64,000 nucleotides of DNA from positions 1-64,000 of the forward strand of contig CAXHJY010001325.1 in NCBI GenBank assembly GCA_964016885.1, written 5' to 3'. Shown here piece by piece: positions 1 to 12,984 of this stretch (the first letter of the stretch is position 1; the number at the start of each line of letters is the position of its first letter). Under the pieces are notes generated by a model that saw only the letters and a program-made list of their open reading frames with translations, was not told the DNA's origin and made no database searches. Made by a program: the position numbers and the translations under genes. The stretch is from Eledone cirrhosa. Its lineage: Eukaryota.

Positions 1-1146
1 CCTGATGGACGCCGACTTTTACGCTAAACTCTTCACTATATTCGTTGTTAATTCTAACCTTGCTGACTGTTTCTTTATACATGGCTTGTATAGCCCTCAC
101 AAGCCATTCGTCAACGCCTAGTTTTCTAAGAGCCCACCAGATAATGGAGCGGGGGACTCTGTCGAAGGCTTTCTCCAAGTCGACAAAAGCTAAGTAGAGG
201 GGTTTACCTTTAGCTAGGTACTTCTCTTGTAGTTGTCGTACTATGAAAAGAGCGTCTGTGGTACTTTTGCCTGACACAAACCCGAACTGCATTTCATCTA
301 GGTCAATTCTCTCTCTGATTAGTTGCGCTATTACTCTTTCCGTGACCTTCATGACCTGGTCGATTAATTTAATGCCTCTATAGTTACTCCTATCTAGGGC
401 GTCTCCTTTACCCTTATAACAGTTAACGATGATGCTGCTATGCCAGTCCTTCGGAACAACCCCGTTTTGTACGACTTGGTTAACTATGCGGGTGACCATG
501 GTGTGTCCCACCGTGCCAGATGCCTTCAGCATCTCAGCAACTATTTCCGAAGGCCCAGCCGCCTTACCAGTCTTCATATCCTTGATTGCCTTACTTATTA
601 TACTCCCCTCGACTAACACTGCTGGTCCCTCTATTGGGTCGATATGGGGGAGACTGCCTTTCTCCCAATTATTCTCCTCATTTAGAAGCCTTTCATAGTG
701 ACACTTCCAAGCTACCTTCTTATCAGCGTCGGTGATGGCAAGTGTGCCATCGTCGTTTAGTACACACTTCTCCCCGACAATATCACGGTTTTCCTTGACG
801 CATTGCCTAGCAATCCTGAACACCTCACGTTTTTGGTCATCGCGTTGTAGAACATGCTTGAACTTTCTTTCCTCAGCTTCCCTTCTTGCTAAGTACACTT
901 GTCTCCTAGCTTCCCTCCTGGCCACTTGATAGTCCTCTCTACTTCCCCCATCCCGCCATACTTTCCAAGCCTGCTTTTTGGCCTTAATTGACCCCTCCAC
1001 CTTACTGTTCCACCACCATGTTACTCTCCTCCTGCCTACAGGCCTGCTCCAGCCACAGACCTCGTCTGTCGCCAACAGCAGGTTTGCTTTCAGAAATTCC
1101 CACTCTCCCTCTATATTGTCCGACTCTAAATGTTCTTCCTTACTTA
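1..1146 (-). mobile_element. RTE-clade LINE (family RTE-B), 5'-truncated RT-region fragment running off the window start
   Basis: Minus strand reads ...TWWWNSKV...YRGIKLIDQVMK...QFGF...[13 protein letters not shown]...KVGVHQ; near-identical to 46861-47582; the 5' break abuts a TA tract. Confidence 0.93.
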
Positions 1147-1337
1147 CATATATATATACATATATATATATACATACACATATATATATATACATATATA
1201 TATATACATACATATATATACATACACATATATATATACATACACATATATATATATACATATATATATATACATACATATATATACATACACATATATA
1301 TATATACATATATATATATACATACACATATATATAT

Positions 1338-1682
1338 CATCATCATCATCATCATTTCATTTTACGTCGCTTTTTCCCTGCTTGCAAGGGTGGGACGGAA
1401 ATTGATTCTGGCTTGATTTCTACAGCTGGATGCCCTTCCTAACACCAACCTCATTTACAGTGAGTGCTGGGTGCTTTTTTGCCGTGGCACCTCCACGGCC
1501 ACTTTACAGTGGAATGATATGGACTCCAGTCCCTATCATCTCATTTCTACAGCTGAGTAAACTGGAGCAATGTGAAATAAAGTGTCTTGCTCAAGGAAAC
1601 AACACATCACCCGGTCTGGGAATTGAACTCACAACCTTTCGATTGCAAGGCCAATGCTCTAACCACTAAGCCATGTGCCTCC
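1338..1682 (-). mobile_element. tRNA-derived SINE with RTE-type 3' tail
   Basis: Minus strand starts GGAGGCACATGGCTTAGTGG (A box), then GAGTTCAATTCC (B box); shares GGTTGGTGTTAGGAAGGGCATCCAGCTGTAGAAA with the RTE-A 3' UTR; ends in (GAT)n; other copies at 23195 and 44887. Confidence 0.9.
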
Positions 1683-1740
1683 ATATATACATACATATAT
1701 ATATACATACATATATATATACATACATATATATATACAT

Positions 1741-1820
1741 GATGGCTGCCCCCTCGTTATCGAGTATGGCCATTGCACAATAAAAAAAAAAAAAAATAAA
1801 TAAAATAAAAAAAAAAAAAA

Positions 1821-1866
<46 letters not shown>

Positions 1867-1945
1867 GCAATAATAATAATAACGACAACAACAATAATAA
1901 TATACATATTCATATATATATACACACACACGCACGCACATAAGC

Positions 1946-1983
<38 letters not shown>

Positions 1984-2270
1984 GATAGCAACTAACAGTG
2001 CTGCGATCGAATGTGGCTTTTTAGCCCAGCCAATGATCCAAAATGTCTTGCACAGAGTCGGCAACCAAAACATTTACTGGGAATAGTCGGCTGTGGTTGG
2101 AGTTCGTGTACTTTTGCATGTCGCTTGAGTCCTCCTGCTGATTTACATTCTCTACCACATGTTTGGCAAGCATGATGAGTAGCATCTCCAACAGCAGCCT
2201 GGTAGTCAACCACTGGTCTTACTTTATGACTGCGAAGATGACTTTCGAGTCCAGCTTTGCTTAGGCAGGT
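1741..2270 (-). mobile_element. 3' end of an RTE-like LINE with C-terminal C2H2 fingers; 3' UTR interrupted by (TG)n, (TAT)n and poly-T
   Basis: Coding end at 1992-2270; terminal stem-loop TGGCCATACTCG-ATAA-CGAGGGGGCAGCCATC at 1741-1772. Confidence 0.65.
1992..2270 (-). pseudogene. Tandem C2H2 zinc fingers (C-terminal LINE ORF fragment)
   Basis: [14 protein letters not shown] / [21 protein letters not shown] / [23 protein letters not shown]; the GLxSHxR pattern is typical of RTE C-termini; truncated by a TA tract. Confidence 0.75.
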
Positions 2271-2303
2271 ATATATATACATACATATATATATACATAC
2301 ATA

Positions 2304-2345
<42 letters not shown>

Positions 2346-2393
2346 CATATATAGGCAGGTATATATATACATACATATATATATACATACATA

Positions 2394-2479
<86 letters not shown>

Positions 2480-2539
2480 CATACATATATATATATACAT
2501 ACATATATATATACACACATACATATATATATATACATA

Positions 2540-2580
<41 letters not shown>

Positions 2581-2676
2581 ACATATATATATATACATAC
2601 ATATATATATACACATACATATATATATACACATACATATATATATACACATATATATATATATATATATACATAC

Positions 2677-2737
<61 letters not shown>

Positions 2738-2768
2738 CACATATATATATATATATATATATACATAC

Positions 2769-2799
<31 letters not shown>

Positions 2800-2824
2800 C
2801 ATACATATATATATATATACATAC

Positions 2825-2877
<53 letters not shown>

Positions 2878-2886
2878 CATATACAT

Positions 2887-3754
2887 CGAATTAGCAACGG
2901 AGGTGGGTGCTCAGAAAGTACAATAACTAGGGTAAGAACGGGATGGAAGAAGTTTAGGGAACTACTACCACTGCTAGCTGCAAAAGGCTTCTCCCTCAGA
3001 ATGAAAGGCAGACTGTATGATGCGTGTATCCGAACAGCGATGTTGCATGGTAGTGAGACCTGGGCGCTGAAGGTGGAAGACTTACGTAGATTAGAGAGAA
3101 ACGAAGCCTGCATGCTCCGATGGATGTGTAACAGTAATATACGTGAACGACAAAGCATAGAGGAATTGAGAGAGAGACTGAGCATAAGAGGAATCAAATG
3201 CTGCGTGCAGGAGAGGCGGTTACGCTGGTATGGACATGTGATGCGTATGAAGGATGACAGCTGCATAAAAAGGTGCAGAGCACTAGAAGTTGATGGAAAC
3301 CGCGGAGTGGGGAGACCCAAGATGACTTGGGATGAGGTGATAAAAGCCGACCTTACCCAACTACACCTCTCAAAGTCAATGACACACGACCGTGACTTCT
3401 GGCGTCACGCAGTAATACAGGGTACCCGACCTCCCATGGGTACATGCTGAAGCATATAAACAATATCCCCCCCCCCCCCCACCGCAAGGTGGTCGTGGAG
3501 GTGCCACGGCAAAAAAGCACCCAGCCCACACTGTAAAGTGGACGTGTAGGCGCCACGAAAAAGCACCCAGCACTCACTGTAAATGAGGTTGGTGTTAGGA
3601 AGGGCATCCAGCTGTAGAAATCAAGCCAGATCAGTTCTTGTATGAGCAAGGCATGGTCAGCCGACCAGAAACTGCCCACAATAGGACAACCCGTCTAACC
3701 CATGCTAGCGTGGAAGAACGGACGTAAAACGGTGATGATGATGATGATGATGAT
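2887..3754 (+). mobile_element. RTE-A LINE, 5'-truncated, with 3' UTR and (GAT)n tail
   Basis: GGGCSES...LHGSETW...[10 protein letters not shown]...GRPKMTW, stop at 3450; terminal hairpin CCATGC-TA-GCGTGG. Confidence 0.93.
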
Positions 3755-3760
3755 ACATAC

Positions 3761-3793
<33 letters not shown>

Positions 3794-3871
3794 CATATAT
3801 ATATATACATATATATATATACATATATATATATACATATATATATATATACATATATATACATATATATA

Positions 3872-5932
3872 TAACTTTGAATAACTTTGCAATGTTTTGG
3901 CCAGTATTGGCCCAGGCGATGTCTAACTTAATAGCACCACCTGGCGAAGTCTTTCAATTCAGGATTTGGGCACCATGGCCCATTCGAGAAGAGAATTACT
4001 GTTTGCGGAGACATATCCGGGTGTGGGTGGTTTGTCCGGGATTACTTGGAGGAATTTGTCCAAAGACTTCTTGAATTTTGTGTGGTCAGTTTCTGTTTTG
4101 ACGTGTCCTGGTGTGATGTTGAAGAGAGCAGGGCCGATTGAGGTGAAATAATTGTGCCATATTGTTGTTATGAGTTGCGATTTAGATTTTTGAATGGGAC
4201 GGATAGCACGGGGCCCAAGCCTTGGGTGTATCTTGAAGGCGATGCCAACATCATTTGGGCAGTGATGATGGAACATTTTCCACATCATGCAGATAATATA
4301 ACGCTCACGGCGACGTTGGAGTGAGTAAAGTTTCAGGTTTTCTAATCGACCCCAGTAGTCAAGGTCTGACATGCCATCTATCTTTTTCGTGATTGCCCTT
4401 TGAGGAGCTTCAAGTTTCATGATACTTTGTTTCGTGTGGGGAGACCACAGTGGACAACAGTATTCAAGGTGTGGTCGGGCGAAAGTAGAGAAGAGAAGGA
4501 TAATGGTGCGGGAATCTCTCGACTGGAAGGTTCTGAGGATCCAGGAACACATTCTGCGGGCCATGTCAACTTTGCTGCTTATATGCGTGGTCCAGCTTAT
4601 GTTGCTGTCCACGGTTACTCTCAAGTCTCTGATGATGTTAGATGCCACGAGAGTTTCCCCGGAGGGAAGGGAGTACGGGAGTTTCAGAGCATCCTCTTTT
4701 CCAAAGTGGATCAGTTCGAATTTGTCTTCGTTCAGTAACATGTTGTTCTTTTCTGCCCATTGGGTAACAGCCAGTAGGTCTGACTGAAGGCTTATCCGGT
4801 CATCCACGCCATTGATGACCTTTTGGAGCTTGGAATCATCAGCGAAAATTTTAATGTTGCTGTGTTTGATGATGTCAGTGATGTCATTAATATAGATGAT
4901 GAAGAGAAGTGGGCCCAACACAGTGCCTTGTGGGACCCCACTACTGACTTTGGCTGGGCTTGATTTGACTCCCTCAACTACAACATGTTGGGTTCTGTTT
5001 GACAGGAAGCTCTTGATCCACTGCAGCAGCTTTCCAGTGACACCAATATTGGACAGCTTTCTCAGTAGAATGTTATGATCAACCCTGTCAAAGGCCTTGC
5101 TGAAATCAAGGTAGATAACATCAGTGTTGGAACCCTCTCCCAAGGCTCTCAAAATGTCATCAAAGTGATGCAGTAGCTGCGTCAGGCAATCCCTTCCATT
5201 ATGGAATCCATGCTGGTTGGAGTTCAGCATATTGTTACTCTCAAGGAAGTGGGTCATTCGCGATCTCACCACTCGCTCAAATACCTTAATGATATGAGAG
5301 GTGAGTGAGATTGGACGGTAATTCACGGCAAGGGATTTGTTTCCCTTTTTGAAAACTGGGACAACAGACTGGGATAGAAGGTTTTCTGGCACGTATCCAG
5401 CATCCAGTGAGTTCCGCCACAGATTGGCAAGAGGAGATGCAAGTTGGTGTTGACACGCCTTCAAGACACAAGCAGGGAACCTATCGGGACCTACTGCTGA
5501 ATTATGCTTGATTTCCTTTATTGCCGCCAAGACATCAGGGGCGCCAAACGTTATGTCCGATAAGGTGTAATGGGGAGTAACATCGCCGATACAGCCCAGA
5601 TCGGCCATATCAGGATTGCTGAAAACAGAGCAGTATTGTTTCTGCAGTATCTCACCCATGGTTTTAGCATTGTCTTGAAGAGTGCCATTTTCATCAATTA
5701 GAGGGCCAACAGTAGAGCCAGTGATTTTGTGTTTTTTTGCAAATGAAAAGAACACTTTGGGATTGAGTTTGATCTTCTCAATGGCCCAGGCCTCTTCAGC
5801 TCTTCTCTGATTGTTGATGAGGGACATTATGTTGTTTTGGAGGTTATGTTTTTTAATCTCTAGTGATGAAATGGCAGTCAAGTTGATGTGTTGCTGCTGA
5901 CAGTATTTCAGCTTGTTGATTTTTTTGTTCAT
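3872..5932 (-). mobile_element. CR1-like (CR1/L2 group) LINE, 5'-truncated
   Basis: Uninterrupted RT ORF, short 3' UTR and tandem tail CAAAGTTATT-CAAAGTTAT; TA tracts on both sides. Confidence 0.88.
3959..5932 (-). CDS. CR1-type ORF2 reverse transcriptase, N-terminally truncated (no endonuclease)
   Basis: [64 protein letters not shown]. Confidence 0.9.
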   Translation of the reverse strand: MNKKINKLKYCQQQHINLTAISSLEIKKHNLQNNIMSLINNQRRAEEAWAIEKIKLNPKVFFSFAKKHKITGSTVGPLIDENGTLQDNAKTMGEILQKQYCSVFSNPDMADLGCIGDVTPHYTLSDITFGAPDVLAAIKEIKHNSAVGPDRFPACVLKACQHQLASPLANLWRNSLDAGYVPENLLSQSVVPVFKKGNKSLAVNYRPISLTSHIIKVFERVVRSRMTHFLESNNMLNSNQHGFHNGRDCLTQLLHHFDDILRALGEGSNTDVIYLDFSKAFDRVDHNILLRKLSNIGVTGKLLQWIKSFLSNRTQHVVVEGVKSSPAKVSSGVPQGTVLGPLLFIIYINDITDIIKHSNIKIFADDSKLQKVINGVDDRISLQSDLLAVTQWAEKNNMLLNEDKFELIHFGKEDALKLPYSLPSGETLVASNIIRDLRVTVDSNISWTTHISSKVDMARRMCSWILRTFQSRDSRTIILLFSTFARPHLEYCCPLWSPHTKQSIMKLEAPQRAITKKIDGMSDLDYWGRLENLKLYSLQRRRERYIICMMWKMFHHHCPNDVGIAFKIHPRLGPRAIRPIQKSKSQLITTIWHNYFTSIGPALFNITPGHVKTETDHTKFKKSLDKFLQVIPDKPPTPGYVSANSNSLLEWAMVPKS

Positions 5933-5940
5933 ATATATAC

Positions 5941-5971
<31 letters not shown>

Positions 5972-6002
5972 CACATATATATATATATACATATATATAT
6001 AC

Positions 6003-6035
<33 letters not shown>

Positions 6036-6080
6036 CATACATACATATATATACATACATACATATATATACATACATAC

Positions 6081-6129
<49 letters not shown>

Positions 6130-6382
6130 CATACATACATATATATACATACATACATATATATACATACATACATATATATACATACATACATATATAT
6201 ATATACATATATATATACATATACATATATATATACATATATATACATATATATATATACATATACATATATATACATATATACATATATATACATATAC
6301 ATATATATACATATACATACATATATATATACATACATATACATATACATACATATATATGTATATGTATACATATATATAC

Positions 6383-6431
<49 letters not shown>

Positions 6432-6447
6432 TACATATATATACATA

Positions 6448-7240
6448 TCATCATCATCATCATCATCATCAGCGTTTAACGTCCGTGTTCCACGCTTGCA
6501 TGGGTTTGGACGGGGGTAGTCCCACTTGAGGCAAGAGTGATTGTCTTGCTCGCATAGGACTGTCTGGCAGGTTTTCTACAGTTGGATGCCCTTCCTAACA
6601 CCAACCACATTTACAGTGTGGGTCTGGGAGGTTTTTACCGTGTTGCCTACACGGCCACATTACAGCGTGGACTGTGTGTTTTTTTGTCGTGACACCTACA
6701 CGATCTCATTTGTTTCGGCCTCGATGGCGCGGCACCAACATAACTTTACATAGAACGGGGTGGTGTGGATCGGGTGGGGGTGGTGGGACGGGGTGTATTT
6801 GTTAGAGATGCCTACTGGCTGGAGTAGGTTTTACTATATATTTAGGTAAGGCGGGTCTTCTCTGTTACTGAGTACCGCCAAAGGTCTCGGTCCAGTGACA
6901 TTGTCTTGGAGAGGTGTAAGTGTGTGATGTCGGAGTTTATCAGCTCGTCCCAGGTTTTTCTAGGTCTGCCTATTCCGTGACTACCGTCTATCTTTATTGC
7001 CCTGCACTTTGTTATACAGCTATCGACTTTCATGCGCATCACGTGTCCATACCAACGTAGCCTTCTCTCGAGTAAACAACATCTGATCCCTCTTATCTCT
7101 AATTTATTCCTTAGTTCGTTTATGCTTTGCCGTTCACGTATATTACTATTACACATCCAGCGGAGCATGCAAGCTTCGTTCCTCTCTAGTCTGCGTATAT
7201 CCTCTGCACACAATGCCCAGGTCTCACTGCCATGCAGCAT
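6448..7240 (-). mobile_element. RTE-B LINE, 5'-truncated, with 3' UTR and (GAT)n tail
   Basis: MLHGSETW...[10 protein letters not shown]...EKTRLT* (stop at 6842); 3' UTR near-identical to the copies at 24446, 45431 and 58672. Confidence 0.93.
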
Positions 7241-7552
7241 ATATATACATATATACATATATATACATATATATAAAAACATATATATATATATATACAT
7301 ATATATATACATATATATATATACATATATATATATATACATATACATATATATATATATATATGTAGATAAATCTACCAAAAGTTTACGGTAGTGTCCA
7401 ATCCGTATGAAGAACTCAATGTAATCCGGATATCACGAAAAGAGAAGATGCATTCAAAAACTACTTTCGGTGAAAAATAAACGGAAAACAGAGTCAAGAT
7501 AAATTAATAAAATAATGAATAAAGAAAGAACCATTCCTTATATTAAAAAAAT

Positions 7553-7694
7553 TCATCATTTTACGATTGTTTCTAGGATATATATGTGTTAGAGTTGGTA
7601 TGCATATTCTATAGATCTATGTACAATATTTATACAAACTATCAGAGGGAATATACATACCTACACATATATATGCTGTCTTCAGAAATAATGA
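7553..7694 (-). ncRNA. Type I hammerhead ribozyme with long stem II (P1)
   Basis: tcattattt-CTGAAGA-[~115-nt stem II]-GAAA-caatcg-TA-aaatgatga. Confidence 0.75.
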
Positions 7695-8119
7695 TATTTG
7701 TTTATTGAAAAAAACAAAGATTCAATACAATAGGTCTGTTTGGGAACAGGTTTTGAATTGACCAATAGAGAGATAGTGAGGGTCAGGATAGTAATATAGT
7801 AGTAGAAGAACCTTAAATTATGGGTAGAGGAAGGTAGATTTCAGTTTTGGATGGAAAAGAATATTATGAATGAAGGATTATTTTAGGGAAGAAATAGGTC
7901 TTATGCTGACCTCAGAAATAATTTTATTTGTTCATTGAATAAAACCAACAAAGATTTGATATAGTCTGTCTGTTTGGTAACAGGTTTAGAATTAACCAAT
8001 AGAAAGTTAATAATTGGCCAAATGGTAAAATAGTAGTAATTGAAGCTTATTTTAGGGGTGAAAATAGGTCAGGTGGTCAATAAAAGGTATACAAGCAGTT
8101 GCTGTTATAAAATAGTAAT

Positions 8120-8305
8120 TGTTTCTACTTTAGGCACAAGGCCAGCAATTACTCAGTACATTACTGGTACTTTATTTTATCGACCCCGTAAGGATGAAAG
8201 GCAAAGTTAACCTCGGCGGGATTTGAACTCAGACTGTAAAGGGACGTAACTATGCTAGAAAGCATGGCGTCCAACCCTCTACCGATACTGCCAATTCACC
8301 GCCCT
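8120..8305 (-). mobile_element. tRNA-derived SINE with Nin-type domain and 22-bp TSD
   Basis: B box GAGTTCAAATCC, then GCCTTTCATCCTTACGGGGTCGATAAAATAAAGTACCAG; TSD gttgctgttataaaatagtaat at 8098-8119 and 8324-8345. Confidence 0.88.
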
Positions 8306-8551
8306 GTTGCAATTCACCGCCACGTTGCTGTTATAAAATAGTAATGCCAGTTCAAATATCTAAGGTGACTAAAGTTTTAAGATAAGAATGTTAGTGAAAA
8401 AAATACATCTATGAAAAGAATATAAATTAATTTAATTGATGGGTATATTTATATTGATAAAATTATACTAATACATATAGATATGATAAATAAGAGTTAG
8501 ATGCAGTTGAAAAGTGCTGTTAAAGATGAGGGGAAATTAAAAGAATATAAA

Positions 8552-8588
<37 letters not shown>

Positions 8589-8609
8589 CACACATATATA
8601 TATATACAT

Positions 8610-8654
<45 letters not shown>

Positions 8655-8814
8655 TATATACATACATATATATATACATATATATACATATATATATATA
8701 TACATACATATATATATACATATATATATATACATATATATATATACATACATATATATATACATATATATACATATATATATACATATATATACATACA
8801 TATATATATACATA

Positions 8815-8868
<54 letters not shown>

Positions 8869-8899
8869 CATATATATACATATATATATATATATACAT

Positions 8900-9507
8900 G
8901 GTGGCTGCCAACTCGTTTTCGAGTACGGCCACTACTTTATATCCATGTAGGAGAACCCCTACCGATGCGCTGAACGAGTGTGACTTTTTAGTCCAGCCAG
9001 CGACTTGAAAACTCTGGTACAAACACTACACTTGTGACAATTACTGACACATAGTGCTGGGCCCATGGTACCATGTGACGACAAGTGCAGAGAGATCTCC
9101 AGATATAAAGCAATGCCTGTGCCGTGAAGCTTTTATAGTGAGCAAAGGCACTGCACAAAGCCAGTCCCACTCTCTTAACCAAGATGATATTTACCAAAAA
9201 GAAGAACAAGTCAACATCATTGGATACCATCAGGGTTGCAGGTGTTATATCAGAGTTTTCCTTCTCCTAGAATTCTGCCTTGACAAAGGCTAAGGGGTCA
9301 TCTCTCCCGGTGATTTTGGATGGCCATTGACTCTTAAGAGCTCCTTTGCCCTTTGACAGGTTTTGTTTTTAGTCCTGCAGGATGTCCAAAGTCACCCTCC
9401 TCACCAAGAAACCTTGGTGGGGTTGCCAGTTTAGTCGCCAACGACCCGACCATGGGACAGGTGGTACTGGGATACATGTTACCAGTAGCACCAACTGGTG
9501 ACCTGAC
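8900..9507 (-). mobile_element. 608-bp non-autonomous RTE-derived element (NA-RTE), full length
   Basis: Five copies in the window; RTE-5'UTR-like motif CTAGGAGAAGGAAAACTCTGA; 3' stem-loop CTCG-AAAA-CGAG; no meaningful ORF. Confidence 0.75.
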
Positions 9508-9848
9508 ATATATGTATATATATACATACATATATATATACATATATATACATATATATATATATACATACATATATATATACATATATATACATATATA
9601 TATATATACATACATATATATATACATATATATATATATACATACATATATATATACATATATATACATATATATATATATACATACATATATATATACA
9701 TACATATATATATACATATATATACATATATATATATATACATACATATATATATACATATATATATATATACATACATATATACATATATATATATATA
9801 CATACATATATATATATATATATATACATATATACATATATATATATA

Positions 9849-9880
<32 letters not shown>

Positions 9881-10122
9881 CATACATATATACATATATA
9901 TATATATACATACATATATACATATATATATATATACATACATATATACATATATATATATATACCTACATATATACATATATATATATATATACATACA
10001 TACATATATATATATATATACATACATATATACATATATATATATATACATACATATATACATATATATATATATACATACATATATACATATATATATA
10101 TATACATACATATATATATATA

Positions 10123-10158
<36 letters not shown>

Positions 10159-10327
10159 TACATATATATATGCATATATATATATATATACATACATATA
10201 TATATACATATACATATATATATACATACATATATATATACATATACATACATATATATATACATATATATATATATACATACATATATATATACATATA
10301 TATATATATATACATACATATATATAT

Positions 10328-11070
10328 CATCATCATCATCATCATCATCACCGTTTTACGTCCGTTCTTCCACGCTAGCATGGGTTAGACGGGTTGTCCT
10401 GTTGTGGGCAGTGTCTGGTCGGCTGACCATGCCTTGCTCATACAGGAACTGATCTGGCTTGATTTCTACAGCTGGATGCCCTTCCTAACACCAACCTCAT
10501 TTACAGTGAGTGCTGGGTGCTTTTTCGTGGCGCCTACACGTCCACTTTACAGTGTGGGCTGGGTGCTTTTTTGCCGTGGCACCTCCACGACCACCTTGCG
10601 GTGGGGGGGGGGGGGGCATATTGTTTATATGCTTCAGCATGTACCCATGGGAGGTCGGGTACCCTGTATTACTGCGTGACGCCAGAAGTCACGGTCGTGT
10701 GTCATTGACTTTGAGAGGTGTAGTTGGGTAAGGTCGGCTTTTATCACCTCATCCCAAGTCATCTTGGGTCTCCCCACTCCGCGGTTTCCATCAACTTCTA
10801 GTGCTCTGCACCTTTTTATGCAGCTGTCATCCTTCATACGCATCACATGTCCATACCAGCGTAACCGCCTCTCCTGCACGCAGCATTTGATTCCTCTTAT
10901 GCTCAGTCTCTCTCTCAATTCATTTATGCTTTGTCGTTCACGTATATTACTGTTACACATCCATCGGAGCATGCAGGCTTCGTTTCTCTCTAATCTACGT
11001 AAGTCTTCCACCTTCAGCGCCCAGGTCTCACTACCATGCAACATCGCTGTTCGGATACACGCATCATACA
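10328..11070 (-). mobile_element. RTE-A LINE, 5'-truncated
   Basis: [16 protein letters not shown]...PPMGTC*; (GAT)n tail; break at CATACA microhomology with the tract. Confidence 0.93.
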
Positions 11071-11119
11071 TATATATATATATACATACATATATATATA
11101 TACATACATATATATATAC

Positions 11120-11150
<31 letters not shown>

Positions 11151-11193
11151 CATACATACATACATATATATATATACATACATATATATATAC

Positions 11194-11224
<31 letters not shown>

Positions 11225-11450
11225 CATACATATATATATACATATATATATATATACATACATATATATATACATATATATATATATACATACATATATA
11301 TATATATATACATACATATATATATATATATATACATACATATATATATATATATATACATACATATATATATATATACATACATATATATATATATATA
11401 TACATACATATATATATACATACATATATATATATATATATATACATACA

Positions 11451-11528
<78 letters not shown>

Positions 11529-11615
11529 CATATACATATATATATATATACATACATATATATATATATACATACATATATATATATATACATACATATA
11601 TATATATATACATAC

Positions 11616-11730
<115 letters not shown>

Positions 11731-11771
11731 CATATATATACATATATATATATGTATATATATATGTATAT

Positions 11772-12407
11772 ATGTGTAACAGTAATATACGTGAACGACA
11801 AAGCATAAATGAATTGAGAGAGAGACTGAGCATAAGAGGAATCAAATGCTGCGTGCAGGAGAGGCGGTTACGCTGGTATGGACATGTGATGCGTATGAAG
11901 GATGACAGCTGCATAAAAAGGTGCAGAGCACTAGAAGTTGATGGAAACCGCGGAGTGGGGAGACCCAAGATGACTTGGGATGAGGTGATAAAAGCCGACC
12001 TTACCCAACTACACCTCTCAAAGTCAATGACACACGACCGTGACTTCTGGCGTCACGCAGTAATACAGGGTACCCGACCTCCCATGGGTACATGCTGAAG
12101 CATATAAACAATATGCCCCCCCCCCCCCCCACCGCAAGGTGGTCGTGGAGGTGCCACGGCAAAAAAGCACCCAGCCCACACTGTAAAGTGGACGTGTAGG
12201 CGCCACGAAAAAGCACCCAGCACTCACTGTAAATGAGGTTGGTGTTAGGAAGGGCATCCAGCTGTAGAAATCAAGCCAGATCAGTTCCTGTATGAGCAAG
12301 GCATGGTCAGCCGACCAGACACTGCCCACAACAGGACAACCCGTCTAACCCATGCTAGCGTGGAAGAACGGACGTAAAACGGTGATGATGATGATGATGA
12401 TGATGAT
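11772..12407 (+). mobile_element. RTE-A LINE, 5'-truncated; inverted partner of 10328-11070
   Basis: [19 protein letters not shown]...PPMGTC*, 3' UTR and (GAT)n tail. Confidence 0.93.
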
Positions 12408-12471
12408 ACATATATATATACACATACATACATATATATATATACATATATATACATATATATATATATAC

Positions 12472-12508
<37 letters not shown>

Positions 12509-12527
12509 CATACATATATATATATAC

Positions 12528-12574
<47 letters not shown>

Positions 12575-12631
12575 CATATATATACATACATATACATATA
12601 TATATATACATATATATACATATACATATAT

Positions 12632-12666
<35 letters not shown>

Positions 12667-12673
12667 CATATAT

Positions 12674-12704
<31 letters not shown>

Positions 12705-12711
12705 CATATAT

Positions 12712-12746
<35 letters not shown>

Positions 12747-12906
12747 CATATATACACATATATACATATATATACATATATATACATATATACATATATA
12801 TACATACATATATATATACATATATACATATATATACATACATATATATATATATTTACATATATATACATATACATATATATACATACATATATATACA
12901 TATACA

Positions 12907-12938
<32 letters not shown>

Positions 12939-12984
12939 CATATATATATATACATATATACATATATATATATATACATATAAT

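Larger units (their letters stand above)
7365..8560 (-). mobile_element. Putative Penelope-like element 3' region (family P1) with internal ~230-bp duplication and a nested SINE
   Basis: 3' end GGTAGATTTATCTAC shared with 16215, 26529 and 59591; carries a hammerhead; 7674-7770 is repeated at about 7903-8002; right boundary uncertain. Confidence 0.65.

Noticed and set aside
429-929. Plus-strand ORFs over RTE and CR1 sequence (also 4400-5078, 15017-15827, 57331-58362)
   Set aside because: Antisense shadows of RT coding sequence
1610-1682. tRNA gene (also near 23340, 45160 and 8210-8305)
   Set aside because: A/B boxes are present, but I could not form an acceptor stem and each runs into a SINE body
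1992-2270. Host C2H2 zinc-finger gene exon
   Set aside because: No TGEKP linkers; the motif and downstream stem-loop fit a LINE C-terminus
8988-9293. 79-80 aa ORFs recurring in NA-RTE copies
   Set aside because: They recur only because the copies are near-identical; no recognisable motif; altered in the 35156 and 53312 copies
9385-9445. Twister ribozyme in the NA-RTE 5' region (TAA...GGAGGG)
   Set aside because: Lacks the CCCAAGCCC-type segment needed for the pseudoknots
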